A stretch of 63,757 nt of DNA, counting the filler. It is 7 parts of 7 records of this genome, joined end to end, with 100 filler letters (N's around TTAATTAATTAA, not from the genome) between each part and the next. Parts side by side here need not be neighbours in the genome. Positions count along the whole stretch, not along the records: positions 9,316 to 33,144 come from SRR31156797_57981; positions 33,245 to 40,073 come from SRR31156797_58008; positions 40,174 to 46,154 come from SRR31156797_58146; 4 more parts are not named here. One strand, 5' to 3'. Below are positions 31,449 through 41,482 of this stretch, one piece after another. Every line of letters begins with the position of its first letter. Position 1 is the first letter of the stretch. The position numbers and the translations under genes were made by a program. Below the pieces are notes generated by a model. The model searched no databases. It saw only the letters and a list, made by a program, of their open reading frames with translations, and had not been told where the DNA came from.

Positions 31449-31871
31449 ATGGTATTACCTGACAAAACAATTTTTATCCAAGGCCTGAACTTCTTGGTTA
31501 TGATCTTCTTGCTGAACATCGTGCTCATCAAGCCGATTCGCGAGATCATCAAGAAACGCAAGGGGTTGATGGCTGATCAGCTGGAGAAAATCGAAGGCTT
31601 CAACGAGAACGCTGAGACGAAAGTGGCCGACTATGAGGCCCAGCTCACCGCAGCTCGCAAGGAAGCCGGAGAAATTCGGAGTGCTGCAAAAGACGCAGGC
31701 GTGGTCGAAGAACAGGCCCTGCTGTCTGCTGCTGGCACCGAAGCATCCAGCACCATCCAGGCAGCTCGTACCGAGATTAAATCTCAGGTCAAGGGCGCCA
31801 TGGAACAGCTGACCAAGGACGTGGACAAATACGCTGAGCAGGCTACAGGCAAGATCCTGGGCCAGGCTTAG
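31449..31871 (+). CDS. atpF: ATP synthase F0 subunit b'
   Basis: N-terminal TM, LIKPI, coiled coil; first of two b subunits. Confidence 0.88.
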   Translation: MVLPDKTIFIQGLNFLVMIFLLNIVLIKPIREIIKKRKGLMADQLEKIEGFNENAETKVADYEAQLTAARKEAGEIRSAAKDAGVVEEQALLSAAGTEASSTIQAARTEIKSQVKGAMEQLTKDVDKYAEQATGKILGQA

Positions 31872-31890
31872 ACGAGAGGAGGGTTTCATC

Positions 31891-32465
31891 TTGAAACGGA
31901 TGTATGTGTTTTTTGCGGTCCTGCTGACCGCTTTGGCTGTCTCCTCTGTCGCTTTTGCCAGCGCTGCGGAAGGTCACGCTGTTTTCACGCCTGAAAACGT
32001 GAAGAACTATGGCCTTCGGATGCTCAACTTCGCGATTTTCGCTGCACTGCTTTACAAGTTTGGCGGAGCAAAAATCAAAGACTTCTTCGTGGGGCGCCGC
32101 GACGGTATCAAGCAAGATCTCGATGATCTGCAGTCCCGTCAGGTAGAGGCCGAAAAGAAGCTCAAAGATGTTGAGTCCAGCATAGCCAACATGGCGCAGG
32201 AAAAGCAGCAGATCCTCGAGGATGCCAAGGCGCAGGGCGAGGCTATCAAGGCCGCTATCATCGAAAAGGCCAAGAAGGATGCCGTAGCTCTGACCGAACA
32301 GGCAAAGCGCACCGCTTCCAACGAGGCACAGGCTGCCATCGAAACCATTCGCGGCGAAATGGCCGACATGGTAATCGAAGCTGCCGAGAAGATCGTTGCC
32401 GAGAAGCTGAGCGCCGAAGATCACGACAAGCTCGTGGATGACTATTTAACAAAGGTGGTGCTCAA

Positions 32466-32469
<4 letters not shown>
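31891..32469 (+). CDS. atpF: ATP synthase F0 subunit b
   Basis: NFAIF..LLYKF TM plus coiled coil; precedes delta. Confidence 0.9.
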
Positions 32470-33144
<675 letters not shown>

Positions 33145-33244
33145 NNNNNNNNNNNNNNNNNNNNNNNNNNNNNNNNNNNNNNNNNNNNTTAATTAATTAA
33201 NNNNNNNNNNNNNNNNNNNNNNNNNNNNNNNNNNNNNNNNNNNN
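33145..33244. other. Artificial contig spacer
   Basis: N run with TTAATTAATTAA. Confidence 0.98.
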
Positions 33245-33759
33245 TGGCCGATGAGGGTGGCAAGCCCCTTGAGGAAATCGAGCTCCGATACAACCCCGAT
33301 GGCCTCGAACATCAGCGCCTTGAGTTTGTTGCAGGTCTCGGTCCCGGGCCGGGGTAACCCGAAATGATTGCCCATCACCCCATGGACCAACTCAAAACAG
33401 ATCTCGGTGAAGAGCATGATTCGCTTTTCCCTCTCGATCCCTTCGTTGGCAAGGATGATGTGAAGATTGTCCTTCAGGTACCTGTCGTAATGGGCCATAT
33501 CTTTCTTGTGAATGTAGAGGCAGTCCCAGGCGCTGAGCATACGGGACAGGGTGGTTTCAGGGATGGAGGCTGTGTCCTTGAAAAGGCAACGGAATCGATA
33601 CCCCCCTTTTTCTCCGGACACCTCTAGTTTTTCATAGAGACGGAACAGGGTAAGGTAATTGGGAGTGATAAAGGTCGGAACAATGCCTATGAAGTTCGTT
33701 CCGTCATCGACGAGTTCGTCGTCGATATCGATACCGCCATCCATTGCCATAAATATCAA
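33245..33759 (-). CDS. Partial protein, possibly the N-terminal region of an HD-GYP phosphohydrolase
   Basis: Open frame running into the contig end; LYI......Y..YL..NL..IL pattern resembles such N-termini, but the catalytic part is not visible. Confidence 0.4.
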
Positions 33760-33895
33760 ATTCCCACTACTAAGGTTAAGTGCCTAACTCACCATTTTAA
33801 AATAAGTTCCATCTTTTTTAGTATTCTGCTCATAGGGTGTCAACAAAAAAAGTCCTAACAAGCCATTTTAGCAGCTTTTTTCACCCCCTGAAACA

Positions 33896-35689
33896 TCATT
33901 CCGGATTATCCAGTGCATGGAGACGGTAGTAAAACCCCCTATTTTCCATCAGGGATTCATGGTCCCCCGCCTCGGTCACCCGCCCCTGCCTCAACACGAT
34001 GATCCGGTCCGCCGTTACCGCGGACCGGAGCCTGTGGGCGATGGTGATGGAGGTCCGGTTTTCCTTAAGCCGAGCCGTGGCGCTCCTGATTTTTTCCTCG
34101 GATTCCGTGTCCACGTAGGAAGTGGCTTCGTCAAAGATGATGAGTTCGGGATCGTGGGCAAAGGCCCTGGCAATGGAGATCAGCTGCCGCTCTCCACTGG
34201 AAAGGGAGGCCCCGCCCTGGCTCACCCGGGTGTCGGCCCCCTGGGGAAGCTTGTCAAGGACGGATTTGACGTGGGAGAGCGCCACGATCCGGTCAAACTC
34301 CAGATCCGTCATGGCGCTGCCCGGGGGCAGGATATTCTCCCGGATGGTACCGGAAAAAAGATAGGGATCCTGGGTCACCAGGGCGATCCTGGATCTCAGG
34401 GAGGAGATGGAAAAACTGTCGATCCCCCTGTTGTTGATCAGGATATCCCCCCCTGCCCTTGGGTAAAACTTGACAATAAGATTGATCAGCGAGGTCTTGC
34501 CCGAGCCGGTCGGCCCCAGGATCGCCAGGGACTGGCCGACCTTGACGGAAAAAGACACCCGGTCCAGAACCGGCTTTTCCGGCTGGTAGGCAAAGGAAAC
34601 CTCCCTGAACTCGATGGAATCAATCCGCTCAAGCCCGATGCTTCCTCCCGGATCGGCTTCCTGTTCGTCAAATATCTGCACGATCCTCTCTCCGGACGCC
34701 AGGGCGTTCTGGAGGATGTTGTGCTTTTCGGCAATATCCCTGACAGGGCGGAAAAACATCTTTGAATAGGAAATAAAGGCCACCAGGGTTCCAAGGCTCA
34801 GCTGGTCGGCCACCACCCGGCCGCCACCGTAGAAGATCACGATGGCAAGCACCAGGGAACCGAACAGGTCCACCACTGGCATGAAGAGGCCAAAGAGCTT
34901 TATCTGCCACATGCCGGCCAGATAGTTCTCATGGTTGAGGGCCTTGAACTCCTGTTTGATCCGCTCCTGGCCGGTAAAAAGCTGGATCACCCTGATGCCG
35001 CCGCAGGATTCGGAAAACATGGAGTTGATCTCGGCGATCTTTGCCCGCAGGTTCCTGAACACCTCCCTGGATCTTGTGGAAAAAAGAGACGTGGTCCACA
35101 CCACAAGGGGCAGCACCCCGAAAACGGCAAGGGCAAGCCGTACATCCAGGTAGAGCAGGACAAAAACGATCCCGGCAAGGGTAAAAACATCCTTCATCAC
35201 AAAGGTGATGATGGTGGTAAACATCTCCTGCATGTTCTGGATGTCGTTGGTCACCCGGGTGGAGAGCCGGCCCACGGTGTTTTTGGTGAAAAACGCCATT
35301 GGAAGCCGCTGGATATGTTCATAGATCCGGACGCGAAGATCGTGCATGATCTTCTGGCCCGCAAGCTCCATCACCATGATCTGGGCAAAGCTGGCCACGA
35401 ACCTGGCAACGGCGATGAGGGCCAGCGCCAGGCCCGCCATCATCGCCCCCCTGAGCTGGCGGCTTTCCAGGGCGAGCCCACCGTCCCTGGGAACAATGTA
35501 GAGATCCACGGCCAGCTTTGTGATATACGGCACCGCAATATCGAAAAGAGATAGAAGCAGCATCAGGCCCATGGACAGCACGATCATCCAGCGATTCCGG
35601 GCGAAATAGGGCACAAAGCGCTTCAACAGCCCCAGGTCCTGGCTGGTGCTAACGCCCTCATCGTAACCGCCTCCAATGGTCATCCCCAT
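33896..35689 (-). CDS. ABC exporter, fused permease/ATPase (heterodimer half B)
   Basis: 6 TM helices; GPTGSGKT, LSSGERQ, IFDEATS and IAHRL motifs. Confidence 0.93.
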   Translation of the reverse strand: MGMTIGGGYDEGVSTSQDLGLLKRFVPYFARNRWMIVLSMGLMLLLSLFDIAVPYITKLAVDLYIVPRDGGLALESRQLRGAMMAGLALALIAVARFVASFAQIMVMELAGQKIMHDLRVRIYEHIQRLPMAFFTKNTVGRLSTRVTNDIQNMQEMFTTIITFVMKDVFTLAGIVFVLLYLDVRLALAVFGVLPLVVWTTSLFSTRSREVFRNLRAKIAEINSMFSESCGGIRVIQLFTGQERIKQEFKALNHENYLAGMWQIKLFGLFMPVVDLFGSLVLAIVIFYGGGRVVADQLSLGTLVAFISYSKMFFRPVRDIAEKHNILQNALASGERIVQIFDEQEADPGGSIGLERIDSIEFREVSFAYQPEKPVLDRVSFSVKVGQSLAILGPTGSGKTSLINLIVKFYPRAGGDILINNRGIDSFSISSLRSRIALVTQDPYLFSGTIRENILPPGSAMTDLEFDRIVALSHVKSVLDKLPQGADTRVSQGGASLSSGERQLISIARAFAHDPELIIFDEATSYVDTESEEKIRSATARLKENRTSITIAHRLRSAVTADRIIVLRQGRVTEAGDHESLMENRGFYYRLHALDNPE

Positions 35690-37446
35690 GTTTCCCCCTC
35701 CCCCAGGCCGTTTACGGACTGCATCTCCTGGGCCCTGGCATAGTATCCGCCCTTTTCCACAAGTTCCTCGTGGGTCCCGGACTCGATGATCCGCCCTTGA
35801 TCCAGGACGATGATGGTGTCGGCGTTCCTGAAGGCCTGGAACCTGTGGGAGACAATGATCAGGGTCATGGTCCTGGCAAGGGATTCAATGGTATCGATGA
35901 TGCCCGAGGCGGTCCTGATGTCCACCTGGCTCACGGGATCGTCCAGGATCAGGATGGGGGCCTGCTTGAGAAGCGCCCTTGCAAGGGCGATACGCTGCTT
36001 CTGGCCACCCGAGAGCATCACCCCCTTCTCCCCGATCACGGTGTCGACCCCCTTTGGAAACGACGCAATGGTCCGGGTCAGACCTGCCATTTCAAGGACG
36101 GTGTCGATCCGGTCCATGCCGGCGGCAGGATCCCCGAACCGCAGGTTTTCAAGGATAGTGCCGGAAAACAGGAACGGCTCCTGGGGCATGAAGGAGATCG
36201 CCCCCCTCAGGTGATCCAGGTCCAATCTCCTGATATCCGTGCCGTCGATGGATATGGCCCCGGAATCCGGGTCATAGATCCTTGGAATCAGACTCACCAG
36301 GGTGGTCTTGCCGCTGCCCGGAGGGCCCGCGATGCCGAGGATCCGGCCAGGCCCGATCCCCACGCTCACGCCGTCCAGGATCCGGGGGGCGTCCCCCTGG
36401 CGCCCATGGGTGAAGACCAGGTCACGGATCTCGATATCTCCGGCAATGGCTGCGGGCTTCACCGCATCCACGGGACTCTCGATCTGCCTTGGCACATTGA
36501 GAATGGCATCGATCCTGTCAATGGATGCCTTGCCCCTCTGGATCATGTTCGTAACCCACCCCACGGCCATGACCGGCCAGGTGAGGAGACCGAGGTAGGA
36601 AATGAAGGCCACGAAATCCCCGGGTGAAATGGTGCCAAGGATCACCTTTCGTCCCCCCAGGCCGATGACCACGGCAAGGCTGATGCTGGTCAGGAGAGTG
36701 ACCAATGGAAAGATGAGCCCCCTCATTTTCACCAGGTTCATGTTGGCAGCCACATAGGCTTCGGACTCCCTTGTGACGCACCGGGTCTCTGCTTCCTCAC
36801 GGTTAAAGGCCTTGATGATCCGGATACCGGCAAACCGCTCCCTGGACGACTCCATGAGCCTTGAGAACGATGCCTGGACCTCCATGTAGGCGGAAAAGAG
36901 CCTTTTGCTGAGAATCTTGGTAAAAAGGGCGATAAAAGGCATGGGCACCAGGGCCAGGAGCGTCAATTCCAGGTTGATATACCCCATGAAGAAAACCGAG
37001 GCAAGACCGAGGACGATGGTGTCGGTCATCCCTACCAGCCCCATGCCAAGGGCCATCCTGATGTTGGTGATGTCGTTGGTGGCATGGGCCATGATATCGC
37101 CTGTGCTGGTGGTGTCGAAAAACGGCGCAGGCATGGACATGACATGATTGAAGAGCCGCGCCCGTATGCCTTCTTCCACCCGCCGGGCCGTCCCCATGAT
37201 AAAGTAGCGCCAGCAGAATCTAAAAATGCCGATAAAAATGGCCGCAAGAAGGATGTAACCGCCATAGCAAAGCAGGGTGGTGCCTGTGATGGAAAGGGAT
37301 GCAATCCCGTCAACCGCCCATTTGACGATCCTCGGGATAAAGAGCTGGAGGACATCCACCAGAAGCAGGGAGAAAAGCCCTGCAGCGATATAGAACCGCC
37401 GTTCAACAAAATAGGGTCTGATCAACTCAAACTGTCTCAACACCAC
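35680..37446 (-). CDS. ABC exporter, fused permease/ATPase (heterodimer half A, degenerate Walker B)
   Basis: GPPGSGKT, LSGGQKQR and ILDDPVS (DD instead of DE), typical of MdlA/YheI-type heterodimer halves. Confidence 0.93.
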   Translation of the reverse strand: MVLRQFELIRPYFVERRFYIAAGLFSLLLVDVLQLFIPRIVKWAVDGIASLSITGTTLLCYGGYILLAAIFIGIFRFCWRYFIMGTARRVEEGIRARLFNHVMSMPAPFFDTTSTGDIMAHATNDITNIRMALGMGLVGMTDTIVLGLASVFFMGYINLELTLLALVPMPFIALFTKILSKRLFSAYMEVQASFSRLMESSRERFAGIRIIKAFNREEAETRCVTRESEAYVAANMNLVKMRGLIFPLVTLLTSISLAVVIGLGGRKVILGTISPGDFVAFISYLGLLTWPVMAVGWVTNMIQRGKASIDRIDAILNVPRQIESPVDAVKPAAIAGDIEIRDLVFTHGRQGDAPRILDGVSVGIGPGRILGIAGPPGSGKTTLVSLIPRIYDPDSGAISIDGTDIRRLDLDHLRGAISFMPQEPFLFSGTILENLRFGDPAAGMDRIDTVLEMAGLTRTIASFPKGVDTVIGEKGVMLSGGQKQRIALARALLKQAPILILDDPVSQVDIRTASGIIDTIESLARTMTLIIVSHRFQAFRNADTIIVLDQGRIIESGTHEELVEKGGYYARAQEMQSVNGLGEGETWG

Positions 37447-37563
37447 CTCAACTCGATATAAACCGGTCCACAGCAGAATGTTACCATCTATCCTTGAAGA
37501 TCAGTTTTTGGGAAAAATGTCAAACCCTAAAACAAGGTGGGGCGGAAACAACAGGGGAGACAC

Positions 37564-39006
37564 CTATTGGCCGGAACCGTTTCGCTCGAGGATCCATGTG
37601 ATCACATCACCGGGATCGGGGACCTCCCTGCCGGGGGTATCCCCTTCAACGGTTTCGAACCGGGGCTCATCATCCGGACCGGCAACTTCACTGCCGGAAT
37701 CCCCCCCTTCAACGGTTTCTACCCGAATACTGTCATCCGGGTCCGGGGTATTCTCCAGTGGTGGGGCATCAACCGGAATGGTTTCAGAGATTATTTCGGA
37801 CCGGATCGCGCCATCCGGACCGTGGAGATCTCTACCGGGATCATCCCCTTCAGCGGTTTCGAACCTGTTCCCGTCCCCGAATCCCGGAGAATTGGCAACA
37901 ATCCTGGCCGGCTCAGGCTCAGCCTCCGACGCCTTAAATGGGGCGACTCCCCGGCTCGCCACCGGTTTAAACACCGCCTCAACAACGGCCTTGGCACCTC
38001 CCCGGGAATCGGGAGCAGGAAGGATTTTGGAACCGGATACGGAATACCCCCCAGGTTGCGGGAGCCCGCTGTTGTTGAAGTCATCAAACAGGGGCGCGGG
38101 CACAAGAACCGGGGCAAGGAAAACGGCGAGAGCGCAAACCATGGGCAAGAAGCCCCCCCCCGGAACGGGTATCTCCCCGGTTTCATCTTCCCCAGGGGAA
38201 ACGGGAGCCGGCTCCAGGGGCAGCAGGATCTGCCGGGCCGCGCTCTGTACCAAAGGCTCGTCAACGGTACTGCACCCCTGCCTGTGGGCAAGCACCAGGC
38301 AACGGTCACAGAGGCTATTGATCACCCGGGGATATCCCTTTGAAAAAACAAAAATCCTGTCAAGGGCGGGTTCAAGGAAGACCTCCTCTGGGGCTCCGGC
38401 ATTGGACATCCTGTACCGGACATAGTCGACCGTCTCCTCCCGGTCCAGGGGAGCGAGCACCTTGTGCAGGGCCGTCTTTTCCAGAAAACGCCCGCCATCC
38501 AGGTTGGATAGCACCCCTGCGAACTCATTCTGCCCCACAAGAAACACCGTGAGAGGAAGACGGCCATTGCCCAGGTCCTGCCATGAAAACAGAGTAGTGA
38601 GAAACCTTACGCCAATTCGCTGGGCCTCGTCCACGATCACCAGACAATGCTCCTTTAACGGCATAAGCGTGTCAAGGAACCGGACAAAGGCCCTGTCAAA
38701 CGGTTCATCCCTCTGCAACTCAATCCCCAAATCCTGGGCGATCACGGGATAGAGCTGGTGAAGGCCAAGACAGGGATCCACAATCCTTGCCGTGCGCACA
38801 CGGGACGGAAGCCCCTGGATGATGGTATTGAGAAGGGTGGTCTTGCCGGTTCCCACATCCCCGGTAAGCACCACAACGCCTCCCTTGTCCACGGCCCGGC
38901 CCAGGGCCGACAGCGCCATGCCGTGGCAGTGACCGAGCCACAGAAAATCAGGGTCTGAGCTGATGTTGAATGGCTTTCGTATCAGTTTGAAACGATCCAG
39001 ATACAT
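37564..39006 (-). CDS. ExeA/GspA-family AAA ATPase with acidic repeat tail
   Basis: MYL..F.L...PF....DP.FL, TGDVGTGKTT, IVDEAQ, LVGQ.E and G.PR.IN.LCD..L motifs. Confidence 0.88.
   Translation of the reverse strand: MYLDRFKLIRKPFNISSDPDFLWLGHCHGMALSALGRAVDKGGVVVLTGDVGTGKTTLLNTIIQGLPSRVRTARIVDPCLGLHQLYPVIAQDLGIELQRDEPFDRAFVRFLDTLMPLKEHCLVIVDEAQRIGVRFLTTLFSWQDLGNGRLPLTVFLVGQNEFAGVLSNLDGGRFLEKTALHKVLAPLDREETVDYVRYRMSNAGAPEEVFLEPALDRIFVFSKGYPRVINSLCDRCLVLAHRQGCSTVDEPLVQSAARQILLPLEPAPVSPGEDETGEIPVPGGGFLPMVCALAVFLAPVLVPAPLFDDFNNSGLPQPGGYSVSGSKILPAPDSRGGAKAVVEAVFKPVASRGVAPFKASEAEPEPARIVANSPGFGDGNRFETAEGDDPGRDLHGPDGAIRSEIISETIPVDAPPLENTPDPDDSIRVETVEGGDSGSEVAGPDDEPRFETVEGDTPGREVPDPGDVITWILERNGSGQ
37613..37880 (-). 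repeat. Three imperfect intragenic repeats of about 63 bp (core CCCCTTCARCGGTTTC at 37641, 37704, 37845)
   Basis: Encode R(F/V)ET(V/A)EGxxxGxx(V/L)xxPD units in the ExeA tail. Confidence 0.7.
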
Positions 39007-39013
39007 CCCGGAC

Positions 39014-39991
39014 TCACAACATCTCCTTGATTGCCTTGAGCACGGGATTGGCATCCCCCCTGGCCTGCCCCCCCGTGTCTGAAGGCTTGATATACTTTTT
39101 CACACACCCGTATTGGCTCCAGCCCTTGAGGGGATAATCCAGGTTAACGCTCTTCCACTTGGGATGGCCGTTCTGCCGGAGCCACCCAAGGTTGTTATAG
39201 ACCACTCCGGCAAATTCGCCCACATAGTCGCAGTTGTTTCTCCGGAAATCAAAGGAGGTCAGAACCGCCTTGACGGCAATGGTCCTGACATCTTCCTCCT
39301 GCCAGGCATAGGTTCCGGACGGAATCACGGCATCGGGATAAAACTCCAGGATACTCTTATTAGTGATGGTCACAAGGTGAAGGTTATCCTGTTTGGCGAC
39401 ATGCTCGGAAAATAGCTTCACAGGCACCCCTGCCACATAAAACATGGCATCGATCTTCCCCTGTTTCAACCGGGATAGGGCTTCAAGGGTTCCCACGGTA
39501 ACGGTTGTTTTCGGAGTGACCCCCGAGACCTCAAAAAGCAGCTTTGAGGTCAGAAACGAACCGCTTCCCTCCTTGCCGATGGCCACCCGTTTTCCCTCAA
39601 GATCGTCAAACTCGTTGATGCCGCGGCGTGCCACCAGGTGAACCTCCTCATCATAGAGGGGGAAGACCATCTTTGTCTTCCTGGCGATCCGCTTTAAGGT
39701 GGTATCGGACTTGACCTTGACCACAAAGGCCAGCACATCGGACTGCACGATCCCCATCTGGGTCTTTGGCCGCTTGTACACGGCATAGACATTCTCCACC
39801 GACCCGGTGGAATTGTATACATGGAGATTAAAGCCGTACCGCTTTGCAAGCTCCATCATATTGAGCCCGAACTGGTAGTAGGTCCCTTTTTTGCTGCCGG
39901 TCATCATGCCGAGATCAACAGCAAGCGAAAAATCAGCCAGAAGCAATACCGAAATCAAAACAAAAGAGGATAGGGAGACAACTTTTTTCAT
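39014..39991 (-). CDS. TAXI-family TRAP solute-binding protein
   Basis: Signal peptide; TGSKKGTYY, STGSVEN, VQSDV and GKEGSGS motifs. Confidence 0.88.
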   Translation of the reverse strand: MKKVVSLSSFVLISVLLLADFSLAVDLGMMTGSKKGTYYQFGLNMMELAKRYGFNLHVYNSTGSVENVYAVYKRPKTQMGIVQSDVLAFVVKVKSDTTLKRIARKTKMVFPLYDEEVHLVARRGINEFDDLEGKRVAIGKEGSGSFLTSKLLFEVSGVTPKTTVTVGTLEALSRLKQGKIDAMFYVAGVPVKLFSEHVAKQDNLHLVTITNKSILEFYPDAVIPSGTYAWQEEDVRTIAVKAVLTSFDFRRNNCDYVGEFAGVVYNNLGWLRQNGHPKWKSVNLDYPLKGWSQYGCVKKYIKPSDTGGQARGDANPVLKAIKEML

Positions 39992-40073
39992 GGCAACGAT
40001 CCTTTGGTTAGGTGTTACGACAATATGATTCCAAGAATTGATACGATTCGCATTAAACGTTTTTACGCACTTT

Positions 40074-40173
40074 NNNNNNNNNNNNNNNNNNNNNNNNNNN
40101 NNNNNNNNNNNNNNNNNTTAATTAATTAANNNNNNNNNNNNNNNNNNNNNNNNNNNNNNNNNNNNNNNNNNNN
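40074..40173. other. Artificial contig spacer
   Basis: N run with TTAATTAATTAA. Confidence 0.98.
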
Positions 40174-40214
40174 CTGCTGCCAATAACGGGTTTTATTTCC
40201 AGAACCTGGTCCAC

Positions 40215-41423
40215 TTAACTGTCCAGTCTCCCCAGTATTGAAATCGCGCAAACGTTCTGCGCCGGGAAGCCGCCCAGGTTGTGGGTCAGTCCATAACGGG
40301 GATCTTCCAACTGTCTTTCATCAGCCCGGCCCAGTAGCTGCAGGTACATTTCATATATCATGCGCAGTCCCGAAGCCCCAATGGGATGGCCGAAACACTT
40401 GAGCCCGCCGTCTATCTGGGCCGGCACTTTTCCATCAGCGTTGTAGAAGCCGTCCAGGGCGTCCTTCCAGGCTTCGCCCTTCTCGGAAATGTGCAGGTCT
40501 TCATAAGTGACCAGTTCAGTAATGGAAAAGCAGTCATGCAGTTCCATCATGCTGATTTCCTCGCGCGGATTGGTGATGCCTGCTTCCTTGTAAGCCCTGG
40601 AAGAGCAGATATCCGTGGTCACGAAATGATCGCCGTCCCAATCGTTATAGGAAACTTCCTCGCCGCTGGAAAGGGCCAACTGAAGAGACTTGACCGTAAC
40701 CGGGTTCTTTACACCCATCTCCTTGGCCTTTTCCACCGTTGTGACTATAGCGCAGGCCGAACCGTCGCTGACGCCGCAGCAATCGAAAAGCCCTAAAGGA
40801 GAAGCAATAATCGGAGCGGCCATGACCTGGTCGATGGTTACCTTCTTGCGAAGATGAGCCTTGGGATTAATGACGCCGTTTTCATGGCTTTTTACCGACA
40901 CCTGGGCGATGGCCCGCTTCAGATCCTGGTCCGATACGCCGAATTTGGCCGCATAAGCTGAAGCCAGCTGGGCAAAAGATCCCGGTGCGGTCAGGTTGGG
41001 CCAGTAGAGCCATAGCAAGGAACCGGCCGCCGAACCGCCGCCAGGCAATCCGCCGTAACCAGTATCTTTGAGTTTTTCCACGCCCTGGGCCAGACAGATG
41101 TCATAGGCCCCGGAAGCTACGGCGTAAACCGCTCCCCTGAAGGCTTCCGTACCCGTGGCGCAATAGTTTTCAACACGCGTAACCGGAATGTAAGGCAGGC
41201 GCAAAGTCGTGGAAAGGGGCACAGCCGCCTTGCCCACATTGACTTCATCCATGCACGTTCCAAACCAGGCCGCTTCGATTTCCTTTTTCTCAATACCCGC
41301 ATCATCAAGGCATTCAGTAAAGGCTTCCACTATAAGCTCTTCAGCGCCCATGTCCCAGCGCTCTCCAAACTTGGAACACCCCATGCCTATGATCGCGACT
41401 TTATCTCTAATTCCTGTGGCCAT
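40215..41423 (-). CDS. Acetyl-CoA acetyltransferase, SCP2/archaeal-type thiolase
   Basis: ENYCATG, ELHDCF, GHPIGASG and HNLGG motifs. Confidence 0.92.
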   Translation of the reverse strand: MATGIRDKVAIIGMGCSKFGERWDMGAEELIVEAFTECLDDAGIEKKEIEAAWFGTCMDEVNVGKAAVPLSTTLRLPYIPVTRVENYCATGTEAFRGAVYAVASGAYDICLAQGVEKLKDTGYGGLPGGGSAAGSLLWLYWPNLTAPGSFAQLASAYAAKFGVSDQDLKRAIAQVSVKSHENGVINPKAHLRKKVTIDQVMAAPIIASPLGLFDCCGVSDGSACAIVTTVEKAKEMGVKNPVTVKSLQLALSSGEEVSYNDWDGDHFVTTDICSSRAYKEAGITNPREEISMMELHDCFSITELVTYEDLHISEKGEAWKDALDGFYNADGKVPAQIDGGLKCFGHPIGASGLRMIYEMYLQLLGRADERQLEDPRYGLTHNLGGFPAQNVCAISILGRLDS

Positions 41424-41482
41424 TTCTTTTCCTCCTCGACTCCGGAACGCCTCTGACAGCGTCCCGGAACGATTTTTGACCT

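Noticed and set aside
37613-37880. Possible CRISPR array
   Set aside because: Only three imperfect repeats with uneven spacing (63 and 141 bp), in frame within a coding region, and no cas genes.
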